DNA from: Bdellovibrionales bacterium RIFOXYD12_FULL_39_22
Lineage (GTDB): Bacteria; Bdellovibrionota; Bacteriovoracia; Bacteriovoracales; Bacteriovoracaceae
Length of the DNA stretch: 64,000 bases
NCBI GenBank assembly: GCA_001770205.1
Contig: MEQL01000042.1
Location: 1 to 64,000 of the forward strand
Reading direction: 5' to 3'
The notes below the pieces were generated by a model. That model was not told the origin of the DNA and did not search any database. It worked only from the letters and a program-made list of their open reading frames with translations. Positions 37,029 to 49,356 of the stretch are shown here, one piece after another. A program made the translations under genes and the position numbers. Within the stretch, counting starts at the first letter, position 1. Every line of letters begins with the position of its first letter.

Positions 37029-38774
37029 ATGCTCCCTGCTATGATGGCAAACTCTTTGGCAAAAAAACTAAGCAAAAAATTCAAAATACTGGATAAGTAT
37101 TCCAAGTTACTCTCCAATGAAAAAAATCATACTCGTCTATTAGAGTTGATTTTGTTAGCAGTAAAAGAAATTACTCATGCTGATGGAGGAACCCTTTATA
37201 CTCCCACCGCCAACAAAAGCTTAAAATATGAGATATTATTAAACTCATCTCTAGGCCTACATATGGGTGGAACTTCCAGCACGGGAATAACTTTTCGTGA
37301 TCTTCCCATCTATGATCCACTAACCAACAAGGAAAACCTCTCCAATATTGCCTGTGCCTGTTTTTTGAGCGGGGAAATTATCAACGTTTTAGACGCTTAT
37401 GACAGCACTAAGTATAATTTTGAGGGGACTAAAACCTTTGATCGCGAAACTGGTTATAAAACTACCTCCGTTTTAACAATTCCGCTGATAAATTTAGATG
37501 GAACCGTTATTGGAGTAATTCAACTTATCAACGCACAAAAAGATAACGGAAAGGTTGAACAATTTCAATCGGAGGACATTGCATTTGCGGAGTTTTTGAG
37601 TACCCATGCTGCTATCACCCTGACAAATTTCCAGCTCACAATTGAGTTTGCCAATCTTTTTGAATCTTTGGCCAAAGTTATAGCTACGGCCATCGACGAT
37701 AAATCCCCCTACACCGGCAATCACTGCTATAGAGTTCCCGAAATTACTATGATGCTAACTGATGCGGTAATGAAAACAGAAGATGGCCCACTTAAAGACT
37801 TGGCCTTTTCAGAAGATGGGTTAGTGGAAATAAAAATGGCCGCACTTTTACATGATTGCGGAAAAGTTAGTACACCTGTCCACGTTATTGATAAGGCAAC
37901 AAAATTAGAAACAATTAGCGATCGCATTCATTTGGTGGAGGCACGCTTTGAAATTTTAAAAAGAGATGCGGAAATAGAGTATCTAAAAAAACGCCTGGCC
38001 AATTCAGAAGAGGGAAAGACTTTCAATATAGAGGAAAGCAAAAAAATATATCAGAAAAAGGTTGCCCGCTATAATATAGATTTTGATTTTTTAAAACAGT
38101 GCAATGTTGGTTCAGAGTATATGCATAAAACCAAACAAGCACGCATCCACAAAATCGCTGAATACCAATGGAAAAATGGAAATGGGCAGCTGGTACCCGT
38201 GCTAACTCAAAATGAGGTAGAAAATCTTACCATTCCCAAAGGTACTCTGACTAAGTCGGAAAAAGATCTTATCAATCATCACATTGTCATTACTGAAAGA
38301 ATGCTAGGACAACTCTCCTTTCCCAAACATCTAAAAAATATTCCGGCCATCGCAGCAGCACATCATGAAAAAGTAAATGGTACTGGTTATCCACACGCGC
38401 TCAAGGGAGATCAGATTCCCGTTCAGGCAAAAATTTTGGGTATTGCAGATATTTTTGAGGCACTTACTGCCAAAGATCGACCATATAAGAAGGGAAAGGC
38501 ATTAAGCGAGACGTTATTTATACTGGGAAAAATGGTAGAAAATGGAGAGCTAGATCAAGACATTTTCAATATTTTTATGGATAATAAAATTTACTTACAA
38601 TACGCCAATAAGTACCTCGACCCCGCCCAAATTGACTCGGTAAATGAAGAGATTATTCCTGGGTATATCCCCAAAAGCAAGCGTAGTGCCACCAAAGATA
38701 ACGTTATTCAACTCCCCAGCAAGGAGAAAGCGCAAGAAGACGTCGGCGGAGAAAACATCAAGAAAGTGGCCTAG
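37029..38774 (+). CDS. GAF + HD-GYP cyclic dinucleotide phosphodiesterase
   Basis: GAF (ADGGTLY..FDRETGYKT..GVIQLIN); HDCGK; HHEKVNGTGYP; ADIFEALTAKDRPYK. Confidence 0.9.
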   Translation: MLPAMMANSLAKKLSKKFKILDKYSKLLSNEKNHTRLLELILLAVKEITHADGGTLYTPTANKSLKYEILLNSSLGLHMGGTSSTGITFRDLPIYDPLTNKENLSNIACACFLSGEIINVLDAYDSTKYNFEGTKTFDRETGYKTTSVLTIPLINLDGTVIGVIQLINAQKDNGKVEQFQSEDIAFAEFLSTHAAITLTNFQLTIEFANLFESLAKVIATAIDDKSPYTGNHCYRVPEITMMLTDAVMKTEDGPLKDLAFSEDGLVEIKMAALLHDCGKVSTPVHVIDKATKLETISDRIHLVEARFEILKRDAEIEYLKKRLANSEEGKTFNIEESKKIYQKKVARYNIDFDFLKQCNVGSEYMHKTKQARIHKIAEYQWKNGNGQLVPVLTQNEVENLTIPKGTLTKSEKDLINHHIVITERMLGQLSFPKHLKNIPAIAAAHHEKVNGTGYPHALKGDQIPVQAKILGIADIFEALTAKDRPYKKGKALSETLFILGKMVENGELDQDIFNIFMDNKIYLQYANKYLDPAQIDSVNEEIIPGYIPKSKRSATKDNVIQLPSKEKAQEDVGGENIKKVA

Positions 38775-38847
38775 TCAGCAGCAAGTATTTTTTACACACC
38801 AACACTGTCAATTAAATATTTCATCCCAATAATGATATATTACTTCT

Positions 38848-39954
38848 ATGCGACTTCTCACCATTTTTATACTCTCCTGGACACTACTTGCTCCTCTTTA
38901 TGGAAAGGCGACTTCATCCTATGGCCTTAGCAAGCTAGGCCCGCGCTTTGAGGGATGGTATGCTCGCATTAGCGATCGCGATGGAAAGCGCTCTATTGCT
39001 TTAATAGTTGGTTCATTTTTAGAGACAAAAATCCCTTTCTCTCCTCACATCCCTATGCCAGGGTATCTGGCCATCTTGGTTAGTGATGGCGTTAATGAAT
39101 TAAAAGTATATGAAACATTTCCAAATAAAACGTCCCTTACCATCAACGAAGAGGCGACCTTTAACGAAAATCCCATCGCCCGCTGCGGCCCTTGGCAACT
39201 TAATATTTGCAGCAATTTTTCCTGGGATGCTCCCGGATTTGGCCATATTGACAATGAAAGTTTTGACCTAACTATCCCAGGAGAGATCAACTTTTCCGGA
39301 AACTTTTCTAACCCCATTTATTGGATGGACAATCCACTAAAAACACCAGAAGGAATGGCCACTCATTTACAAGTGATTCCTATTCACTGGTATGTTCACT
39401 CGTTGGGATCTATCTCCGAATATAGCTACCAAATAGATCAAGGGCCCACCATCCACTCCAGCGGATATGCTCATATCGAGAAAAATTGGGGCAAAAGCTT
39501 TCCTTCTCGCTGGATTTGGTCAGAAGGAATAAGTGATGATAATAAAGCTCATTACGCATTGGCCGGAGGGGAAGTAAAAATGGCAGGAGTTAATCTAACC
39601 GCCTTCTTGGCCGGAATACACACCTCCAAGATTAAATGGGATTTTCGCCCACAACAAGGAACATTATTTAAAAGTATAATCAATGGCCGACGCAGAACTT
39701 TGAGTTTGATCATGGCCAAACCAGGAAAACAATTAGTAATAGAATCCTCTGCACCAAAAAAATCTTTTGCTTACGTCTCGATTCCCACCGCAAACGGGTT
39801 TGTTAAAAATGGCGGGATTGAATCTTTCTTGGCCACCACCTCCATTTATGCCTATGAGGTTGATGTCAGCGGTAAGGCCACCCTCGTTGAATCAAAAATA
39901 TTTAACAATGCGGCCTTAGAATTTGGGGCAAACTATATGTATGAAGAACAGTAA
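38848..39954 (+). CDS. Tocopherol cyclase-like protein, exported
   Basis: FEGWYARI, HWYVHS, AHIEKNWGKSFPSRWIW; signal peptide. Confidence 0.7.
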   Translation: MRLLTIFILSWTLLAPLYGKATSSYGLSKLGPRFEGWYARISDRDGKRSIALIVGSFLETKIPFSPHIPMPGYLAILVSDGVNELKVYETFPNKTSLTINEEATFNENPIARCGPWQLNICSNFSWDAPGFGHIDNESFDLTIPGEINFSGNFSNPIYWMDNPLKTPEGMATHLQVIPIHWYVHSLGSISEYSYQIDQGPTIHSSGYAHIEKNWGKSFPSRWIWSEGISDDNKAHYALAGGEVKMAGVNLTAFLAGIHTSKIKWDFRPQQGTLFKSIINGRRRTLSLIMAKPGKQLVIESSAPKKSFAYVSIPTANGFVKNGGIESFLATTSIYAYEVDVSGKATLVESKIFNNAALEFGANYMYEEQ

Positions 39955-39966
39955 ATGACTACTTTG

Positions 39967-40860
39967 CTATGGCCCAACATCGATTAGAACAATGCTACTC
40001 CCGACCTTCTCCTGCAAAAATTTCTCTACCGTGTTCTTTAATCTTTCTAAATCAACAAACTGCTTTGCCTCTATAGGACGAAATTGACAATAAACTCTAT
40101 TCCCTTTAATGGCCAACAGCTCCGCTTGACAATTTTTCTTACTAATGATTCCTGGCAACAATTCCTGCATGGTCTCATAAATTATCATTTTTTGATCATT
40201 CGTTAGCTCTGTCACTGGCCGCCAAATCTTTGACAGATCACTTTTTAAAATGGTTTCAATTTCTGGCAGACACTTCCCACAACCACTTCCGGCCAATTGC
40301 CATTTTTTTATCTCTTCAACGGTAGTCAATCCCTCTGCAACTATCACAGATAACAGCTGATCTTTTGAAGTACGCAAACAATTACATAGTTGGCCAGCAT
40401 TCTCACTATTTTTATCATGCAAAACAATTTCCTTTAAACTAACTTTACGACGATTGGCCCAATCAATAATAGCATTTTTTAATACTTCCGCTCCCATAAC
40501 GGAGCAATGTATCTTTTGCTCAGGCATGCCCCCCAAATAGCGAACAATATCTTCAGTGGTAATTCCCAGAGCGGCCAATGGGGTTGGCCGAGAATCTTCC
40601 AAAATAGCACACAATGCCTCGGAGGCAGCAATGGCCGATGTACAACCAAAAGTTTGATAACGGGCCTGGTAAATACGATCAAGAGATGGATTAGATCCCT
40701 GCTCAATTTTTAGATAAAATTTGATAGCGTCTCCGCACTCTAAAGACCCATGCATTCCAATCGCATCAGCATCGGGAATAATCCCCATAAATGAATTGGC
40801 ATCCCCCATCAACGCATTCAAAAATAGATCTACGGTTTTATCGCTATAATTCCAGGCCAT
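39967..40860 (-). CDS. nifU: NifU-type Fe-S scaffold (IscU + BFD-like + degenerate Nfu domain)
   Basis: WNYSDK, GSLECGD, TFGCTSAIA, KIHCSVM; CNC..GSGCGKC; ATG 40860 preferred over 40899. Confidence 0.85.
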   Translation of the reverse strand: MAWNYSDKTVDLFLNALMGDANSFMGIIPDADAIGMHGSLECGDAIKFYLKIEQGSNPSLDRIYQARYQTFGCTSAIAASEALCAILEDSRPTPLAALGITTEDIVRYLGGMPEQKIHCSVMGAEVLKNAIIDWANRRKVSLKEIVLHDKNSENAGQLCNCLRTSKDQLLSVIVAEGLTTVEEIKKWQLAGSGCGKCLPEIETILKSDLSKIWRPVTELTNDQKMIIYETMQELLPGIISKKNCQAELLAIKGNRVYCQFRPIEAKQFVDLERLKNTVEKFLQEKVGSSIVLIDVGP

Positions 40861-40945
40861 ATGGCCACAAAAACTATCCATAAAATGAACATTCGTCAAT
40901 TAGGTGTTAGACCATTTGCCTTTTTATTGCTATAAATATTTCCTT

Positions 40946-41860
40946 ATGCAAAAACTCATTATCCTACTTGTTATTGCAAGCTTTTTTGGTTGTTCATCCA
41001 TCAAAGCACTAAATGATAAAGACGATAAATTTCCAAAGAAAGTAGCATCTTTGCCTTCACCAATTATACTAACCTCCAATACGCCTCAAGCTATTTCTCC
41101 GGGGGAAATTAAATTTATTAAACTGCCATTGCCTTCTGCGAACACGCATGTGGAGAAAATCCAATGTAAAAATCGACAAATTCCTTTTGTCATTACCACT
41201 GATAAACTACTTAAATTTTTTTTGGCGGAAAGCTATTTTTCAGAACTGACCCCCTTTGACTGCAAACTTTTCTATGCTGCCGGTGGCCAGCAATATATTG
41301 ACACTATTTTTCAATTCAGTATCATCAAAAGAGATTATAAAAATGAATTTATCAATGTTGCCCAAGACAAGGTAACCCTCTCTGATGAAGATTTGCGCCA
41401 AGTAATCGCAGAGCGTGAAAGGTTAAAAGCAGTCTATACCAACTCCTCTTCAACTCCACTCTTTGCTGGAAAATTTCATCTCCCTCTAACTTCAAAAATA
41501 ACTAGTACCTACGGGAATAAGCGCACCTTTAACAATAATAAATCTACCCAACACCTAGGAATTGATTTTCGTGCCCCGGTGGGAACCCCCATTCCGGCCA
41601 CTAACGCCGGCAAAGTAGTCTTTGCTGGAGATCTTTTTTTCTCGGGAAAAAGCGTTATTATCGATCATGGACTTAACCTCTTTACGCTCTACGGCCATCT
41701 TTCTAAAATTTTGGTAACAGAAGGAAATATAATTGGCGCAAATACGCTGATTGGCCATGCTGGGCGAACTGGCCGAGTAAGTGGGCCGCATCTTCATTGG
41801 GGTGTGCGTGTTCATGACGAGTGGGTGGATGGACAATCTTTGGTAAATTTAGAAATATAA
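40946..41860 (+). CDS. M23 family metallopeptidase lipoprotein
   Basis: Lipobox FFGC; HLGIDF, YGHLS, GPHLHW. Confidence 0.9.
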   Translation: MQKLIILLVIASFFGCSSIKALNDKDDKFPKKVASLPSPIILTSNTPQAISPGEIKFIKLPLPSANTHVEKIQCKNRQIPFVITTDKLLKFFLAESYFSELTPFDCKLFYAAGGQQYIDTIFQFSIIKRDYKNEFINVAQDKVTLSDEDLRQVIAERERLKAVYTNSSSTPLFAGKFHLPLTSKITSTYGNKRTFNNNKSTQHLGIDFRAPVGTPIPATNAGKVVFAGDLFFSGKSVIIDHGLNLFTLYGHLSKILVTEGNIIGANTLIGHAGRTGRVSGPHLHWGVRVHDEWVDGQSLVNLEI

Positions 41861-41873
41861 CTGGATAAACATT

Positions 41874-42914
41874 ATGAACATTGTAACCATTATAAAAAAC
41901 TCAAAACTAATTATCGTTGCAGTACTATTTCTTGGTATTTTTTTAAAACTAAATTTACTACCACAATCCTCTCTGGCCAATAATACCGAAAAGGCCAATA
42001 TCGATAAAAACCTTGTGGACTTTTGTAATATTTTTAATGCCAAAATAAAGCAATACAACTGGAATAAAATTGTATGCAACCCCAAAACTTGGCAATGGGA
42101 TAAAAAATATATTACGCCTAAAGGGAATCCACTAGTCTATCAGGCCTTTTTACATAACCCCACAAGCAGCACTACTTTGATTTTGTGTGGAGTTCATGGT
42201 GATGAACTCCCCTCTTCCTACCAATGTATTCATCTGGTACGCGATATTGTATTTGATAATCCGGCGCTTTATAAAAACAGTAATGTGGTTATCGCTCCTC
42301 TAGTAAATCCTGACGGTTTTTTTGCGGCCAAACCAACACGCCAAAATAGCAACGGGATCGACTTAAATCGCAATTTCCCCACCAAAGACTTTGACCTCTC
42401 GGCCATTGTTGATTGGAAAAAAGATGGAAAATCAAACCCACGCAAATATCCCGGCAGTAAAGGTGGATCGGAAATTGAAACCCAATTTCAAGTCATGCTA
42501 CTAGATAAATTTCACCCTGATAAGATTATTTCTATCCACTCTCCATACGGTTGGCTAGATATTGACGCTACTCCTAAAGAAGATCCTTCCATGGATGAAC
42601 CAGAAGGAATGCAGTTTGGGCCATTTAAATCTCTTTTTGAAACGGCCAATGCCTTAGGTAAAGAGATGAGCAAAAAAAGTAACAACTTTCCCATCGCTAA
42701 CTTTAGAGTTTTTCCTGGTTCATTGGGAAATTATGCGGCCAATGAACGAAGAATTCCCACTTACACGGTTGAACTAAAAACCTCTTCCGCTTTTCATGCT
42801 GATAGCTACTGGAAAATTATGCGCTCGGCCTACATAGCTGCTATCAAATATAAAATTCCCAAAGAGTTAGCAAAAAAACGAGAAGACCTCTCTACCTCGA
42901 CAACACAAAATTAA
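41874..42914 (+). CDS. M14 zinc carboxypeptidase (MpaA-like murein peptide amidase)
   Basis: GVHGDE, NPDG, DLNRNFP, SIHSP, PGSLG, TVE. Confidence 0.85.
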   Translation: MNIVTIIKNSKLIIVAVLFLGIFLKLNLLPQSSLANNTEKANIDKNLVDFCNIFNAKIKQYNWNKIVCNPKTWQWDKKYITPKGNPLVYQAFLHNPTSSTTLILCGVHGDELPSSYQCIHLVRDIVFDNPALYKNSNVVIAPLVNPDGFFAAKPTRQNSNGIDLNRNFPTKDFDLSAIVDWKKDGKSNPRKYPGSKGGSEIETQFQVMLLDKFHPDKIISIHSPYGWLDIDATPKEDPSMDEPEGMQFGPFKSLFETANALGKEMSKKSNNFPIANFRVFPGSLGNYAANERRIPTYTVELKTSSAFHADSYWKIMRSAYIAAIKYKIPKELAKKREDLSTSTTQN

Positions 42915-42922
42915 AAAAATTT

Positions 42923-44473
42923 TCAGGCCTTCATAATTTTAGGTAAGGAAACTTTAAAGGTGGTGTTCTCTTCGTCTAACATATAAACGAGCATACCACC
43001 ATGTTCTTCCACAATCCCTTTTGCCACCGAAAGGCCAAGCCCAATACCTTCACCAACTGGACGGCCAGTAAAAAAAGGATTGAAAATTTTGTCAACATAC
43101 TGTTTATCAATTCCTTTTCCCGAATCAACCACAAAGATTTCCACCCAAGTTGAAGAAACGGTAATCCCTATTTTAATCCACTTATCCTCTAAATCAGCGA
43201 CGGCAGCAAACGCATTATTTAAAAGCGAGAGTAATACTTGTTCAATGGCCACTTTTTTACAAAACAGGTCTATTCGATCATCTGCGCCGTGCGATCCGCA
43301 AATTAATGGAATATGATGATTTTCAAAGCGCTGCTGACAAAAAAGTTTAACATCATCAATGATCTCATACAAATTATTCACACTACGCTCTTCAGAATTA
43401 GAGTCTTGCGCAAAGGTCTTTAGTCCTTCTAAAATTTTTGAAATGCGCATAATCGATGATTCAATAACGCCCAATCTAGCGATGGCCTTTTCTTGATCAA
43501 GCTTCTCACTCGCCACCATCTTGCGAATAAGTCGAATATTACCCATGATAATGGCCAATGGATTATTAACCTCATGTGATATCCCAGCGGCCATCTCCCC
43601 CAGGCCGGCCATTTGTGAAGCATAATTTAATTTTTTCTGCAACGCCAAGTCATTGCGAAAATCTTTGGCAGTGATAATTATATGCTCTAATTGGCCCGAG
43701 ACCTTTTTTACTCTTTTGATATTTATAAAGGCCGGAATTTTTTCCCCAGTCTGCGAAATAAAACTTCCTCTTAATTCATCTTTGGTCAAAACATCTGGCA
43801 AGGAAACACCTTCCCAGCAAAAATCCGCAATATTTCTTCCCACTAAACGGCCGGCGTCTGTGGCCAGAGCTTCGCAAAGAGAATTATTGATTTTGGTTAT
43901 TTTACCAACCGCATCTACCACTAGAATAAAATCATTAACCGAAGAAATAATATTTTCTAATAAATCATAATTGGCATTTATTACTTGTAAGGCAATTTCT
44001 CTAGTATCTTCATTATCTTGATCTTCATAATCATTCTTTTTTTGTGCCAAGGCAGTAAATATTTGGCCAATTTTTTGCTCAAACTCCTCCGCACTTCCCG
44101 GTTTTACAATATAATTATTAGCACCATTATTTAACAGTTCAAAAATATCTCGCTTATTTGACTCCGAAGTAAATATGATAAAGGGAATGCGTCGTAATAA
44201 ATCATCTGCCCGAATCTTCTTCAAAAGATCTAATCCTGACATCTCTGGCATATGAAGATCAGAAATTACTAGGCCATATTCGTTATTGCGTTCCAATCCC
44301 TCTTGCAGCTTGGCCCAGGCCGCCATACCATTTTCAGCGTGGTCGATATTAAAAATGCCTAGCCTTTTTAACATTGCCGTAGCGCTGACGGCCATATGAA
44401 CAGCGTCATCTACCACTAAGACACGCTTTTTTATTATCTCCTCACTTAAACCCATATAATTCAAGCCTATCAT
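42923..44473 (-). CDS. Hybrid REC-PAS-histidine kinase
   Basis: VVDD..SDLHMPEMSG..KP; PAS-like; HEVNNPL, NNA, DSGKG, FFT, GLGLS. Confidence 0.9.
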   Translation of the reverse strand: MIGLNYMGLSEEIIKKRVLVVDDAVHMAVSATAMLKRLGIFNIDHAENGMAAWAKLQEGLERNNEYGLVISDLHMPEMSGLDLLKKIRADDLLRRIPFIIFTSESNKRDIFELLNNGANNYIVKPGSAEEFEQKIGQIFTALAQKKNDYEDQDNEDTREIALQVINANYDLLENIISSVNDFILVVDAVGKITKINNSLCEALATDAGRLVGRNIADFCWEGVSLPDVLTKDELRGSFISQTGEKIPAFINIKRVKKVSGQLEHIIITAKDFRNDLALQKKLNYASQMAGLGEMAAGISHEVNNPLAIIMGNIRLIRKMVASEKLDQEKAIARLGVIESSIMRISKILEGLKTFAQDSNSEERSVNNLYEIIDDVKLFCQQRFENHHIPLICGSHGADDRIDLFCKKVAIEQVLLSLLNNAFAAVADLEDKWIKIGITVSSTWVEIFVVDSGKGIDKQYVDKIFNPFFTGRPVGEGIGLGLSVAKGIVEEHGGMLVYMLDEENTTFKVSLPKIMKA

Positions 44474-44563
44474 GATTGCAGAAAAAAAATAACAAGCAGT
44501 TTATGCCCGGCATACTCTATGATCTTGATTGACTATTATTTATAGATTGCCTACTGTTTTCTA

Positions 44564-46030
44564 ATGTTAACTCCTCTCCATTATCGAAATTATATAACCG
44601 TTTGGCCTATCCTTTTTTTTCTGATTACATTAGTCAGTTGTGGGACCATCAATCATCGAGACAATATCATCCCTATAGATTCAACTCCCCGCCACGCTAA
44701 AGTATTTGATGAGGATAAAAAATTTTTAGGCACAACCCCCTTTTTTTATGAAATAAATAAAGAGCGCAAGCAAAATTTCACTTTTTTTGAGAACGAAAGC
44801 AAACAGGAGATGAAAATATCTTACAAGTGCGCTTTAAATTATTCTGAATCACTCATTCCCAATCTACTAATATCGCTTTTATACCCAGTCGGAACTACTT
44901 GGGGGGCCATCTCCATGGCCGTTGATTACTGGAGTGGCGATCTCTTTACTTGTGCGAAAGGAATAGAAATTAATATTCCCAATAATTTAAATAATGGGCC
45001 CTTAAAGCTAAGCGCAAAAAGAATCCTTATTCTCCCCATTGAATCTACCGATGAAAAAATTGCCAGTGAAATTGTAGCACTCTGGAAAAAAAATTTCTTC
45101 TCTATCCAAACAACGGACTCCATTATCCCCATGGCCAAGGCCAACCGCAGTATTATAACAAATGGCCTCTCGGACAAACGCCTATGGGCCCCCCGCGAAA
45201 TTAATCGCCAAGACCTTTGGCCTTTAGGCCATGAGTTTTCGGCCACTCATCTACTCTCTTTTGAGAAAAAAAGTGAAGGAGAAGTAACTACTTATACTCC
45301 TAAGCTCTATGACTTTTTTACCCTACAAGAAGTTCAAGAAACCTATCTCAAACCTCTGCAAATAAATGATACTCCGGAAAACTCTCTTGAAACTTTAGAA
45401 ATAATCAAAGAGAGCGTCTTGCAAACCATTGCTTTAATACCTAATAGTATTTCTGCATCTCTATCCTTTGATCGAACAATCTTAGTTGCAGATAGCTCTA
45501 ACCAATCAGTCGGGATAGAAGGCCATCGCCACCCGATGGCCTTCCCTAAATTTTTATCGATATGGGGAGCAGAGAACATGTCCCATCCCTATCTTTATGA
45601 TTCCTGGGATTACAATTTGCAATTTTCCCCGGCCATAGCGCTCTCTGCCTGGGAGGCAAATTTAGATTATCTTACCCTGCAAATGCAATCTGCTATTCTA
45701 GGAGGTAAGGCCTCCATCAATCTTCACACTCCCTTTGGCTCACTGGGAATGGCCATTGGAATGGGATATGGATATTTTTATGCGCTCGGATCAGATCAAG
45801 AAAAATTTATTTTTACAGAGTGGCCGGCACTCGTTGATATCTACTATTATAAATTTCTAACGAGCAAATTGTTTTTTAAATTTAAGGTTTCCTCTTACGG
45901 ACTGGATCGAAAAAATCCTTCCATCGAATGGAAAGGCCTTCGGCTAGATGGCTGGATGGAGGCCGGGGCATCACTAGGCCACTATTTCCCCACTATGAAA
46001 TCCACACTTCGCAATCTCTTGCCATTTTAG
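44564..46030 (+). CDS. Hypothetical lipoprotein with PEGA-like N-terminal segment
   Basis: Lipobox LVSC; DSTPRHAKVF..LGTTP; beta-rich C-terminal half. Confidence 0.6.
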   Translation: MLTPLHYRNYITVWPILFFLITLVSCGTINHRDNIIPIDSTPRHAKVFDEDKKFLGTTPFFYEINKERKQNFTFFENESKQEMKISYKCALNYSESLIPNLLISLLYPVGTTWGAISMAVDYWSGDLFTCAKGIEINIPNNLNNGPLKLSAKRILILPIESTDEKIASEIVALWKKNFFSIQTTDSIIPMAKANRSIITNGLSDKRLWAPREINRQDLWPLGHEFSATHLLSFEKKSEGEVTTYTPKLYDFFTLQEVQETYLKPLQINDTPENSLETLEIIKESVLQTIALIPNSISASLSFDRTILVADSSNQSVGIEGHRHPMAFPKFLSIWGAENMSHPYLYDSWDYNLQFSPAIALSAWEANLDYLTLQMQSAILGGKASINLHTPFGSLGMAIGMGYGYFYALGSDQEKFIFTEWPALVDIYYYKFLTSKLFFKFKVSSYGLDRKNPSIEWKGLRLDGWMEAGASLGHYFPTMKSTLRNLLPF

Positions 46031-46039
46031 AAAAAAAAA

Positions 46040-48114
<2,075 letters not shown>

Positions 48115-48117
48115 AGC

Positions 48118-49221
48118 TTAAACCTCCCCAAGTTTACGTTTGAGTTCAAGCAGGCCCGGCCGGGCATACTTCATATGGCCCTCTTTAAGTGTTCTCCCGT
48201 TGATAATGGCCTCCGAACGAAGTCTTCGTCCAAAACTCTTCTCCATCTGCTTACCTAATTGCAAAATACGATTAACATCATAGCCGTGAGCAATACCCAT
48301 CTCATCCACTTGCACTAGCGTATCCTCTAGACAAACCAATCCCACATAGCGAGGATCATCGTAGTAGTAATCACCAGTACCACGCACCGGAGAATCATCT
48401 AAAAAATTGGCCGGCTGTCCACCCAGCCCACCCAATGTACATTCAAAATTAGTAATTCCTGCTTGTAAAGAGGCCAACACCGAAGCAGAGGCCACTCTCT
48501 TAGTCTCATGAAAATGGGCAATATGTTTTCTAGTGTCGGGAATTGCATCTAAGATCATGGAAAAATAACGATAGACTTGTGGCGCCGAGGCACTACCATC
48601 GTGATCCGCATGTTCAACATCATGAGCGCCGATGGACAACCAACGCTTAGAAAACTCCACCGCATCCTTTAGTTCCGTAGCTCCGCCAATCGGACTTCCC
48701 CAGATGGTACTAACCGTCCCGCACATTTTCAGTCCGGCATCATTGCACTTTTTAATTGCGCGCTCCGCTTCCTTCCAATATTGCGAAAGAGTCATTCCTG
48801 AGTTAGCGAAGTGATGTTGCTCCTCAGTAGAAACCATCATCAAAAGACGATCTGGCCCCACTCCTTTTTTCTTAAGCTCAATGGCCCGTTCTACTGCACT
48901 CTCGCGAATAGTTATGGCCGTCAGACAAATATCGTCATAATTAATTCCCCGCTTTGCGCATCGCTCACGAAAAGACTCGCTACGCAAATGGGCCAAAAGT
49001 TCTTCCCCGTCAGAAAATTGAGGCATCAAATGAGGATTACCTAAATTAGTAACCTCAATGTAGCGGCAACCCGCAAAAATTAATTCTTCTAAGTAGTATT
49101 TTTTTGCCCGCGTAGAAATAAATTTCTCTTCGTGCTGAAAACCATCTCGGACCGTGATATCACCGATAGTAACTTTCTTCGGCATGCGCGGAAAAATTTT
49201 CCAATAATCATACTCCGTCAT
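48118..49221 (-). CDS. DRE-TIM metallolyase (HMG-CoA lyase / pyruvate carboxyltransferase-like)
   Basis: ITVRDGFQ, ADHDG, AHFH, LGGLGG; ATG 49221 after AAGGAG. Confidence 0.8.
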   Translation of the reverse strand: MTEYDYWKIFPRMPKKVTIGDITVRDGFQHEEKFISTRAKKYYLEELIFAGCRYIEVTNLGNPHLMPQFSDGEELLAHLRSESFRERCAKRGINYDDICLTAITIRESAVERAIELKKKGVGPDRLLMMVSTEEQHHFANSGMTLSQYWKEAERAIKKCNDAGLKMCGTVSTIWGSPIGGATELKDAVEFSKRWLSIGAHDVEHADHDGSASAPQVYRYFSMILDAIPDTRKHIAHFHETKRVASASVLASLQAGITNFECTLGGLGGQPANFLDDSPVRGTGDYYYDDPRYVGLVCLEDTLVQVDEMGIAHGYDVNRILQLGKQMEKSFGRRLRSEAIINGRTLKEGHMKYARPGLLELKRKLGEV

Positions 49222-49356
49222 TGTCTTACTCCTTTCCATCAAAAATCCATCAATCAATATTGAGAAATTAAAAGAAAAGCACATTCTGCCAATATAGTAA
49301 ATAGCTTGAATTTGTATTATTTTAAAAATTGAAATGAAGAAAATTTTGCGGCGACC

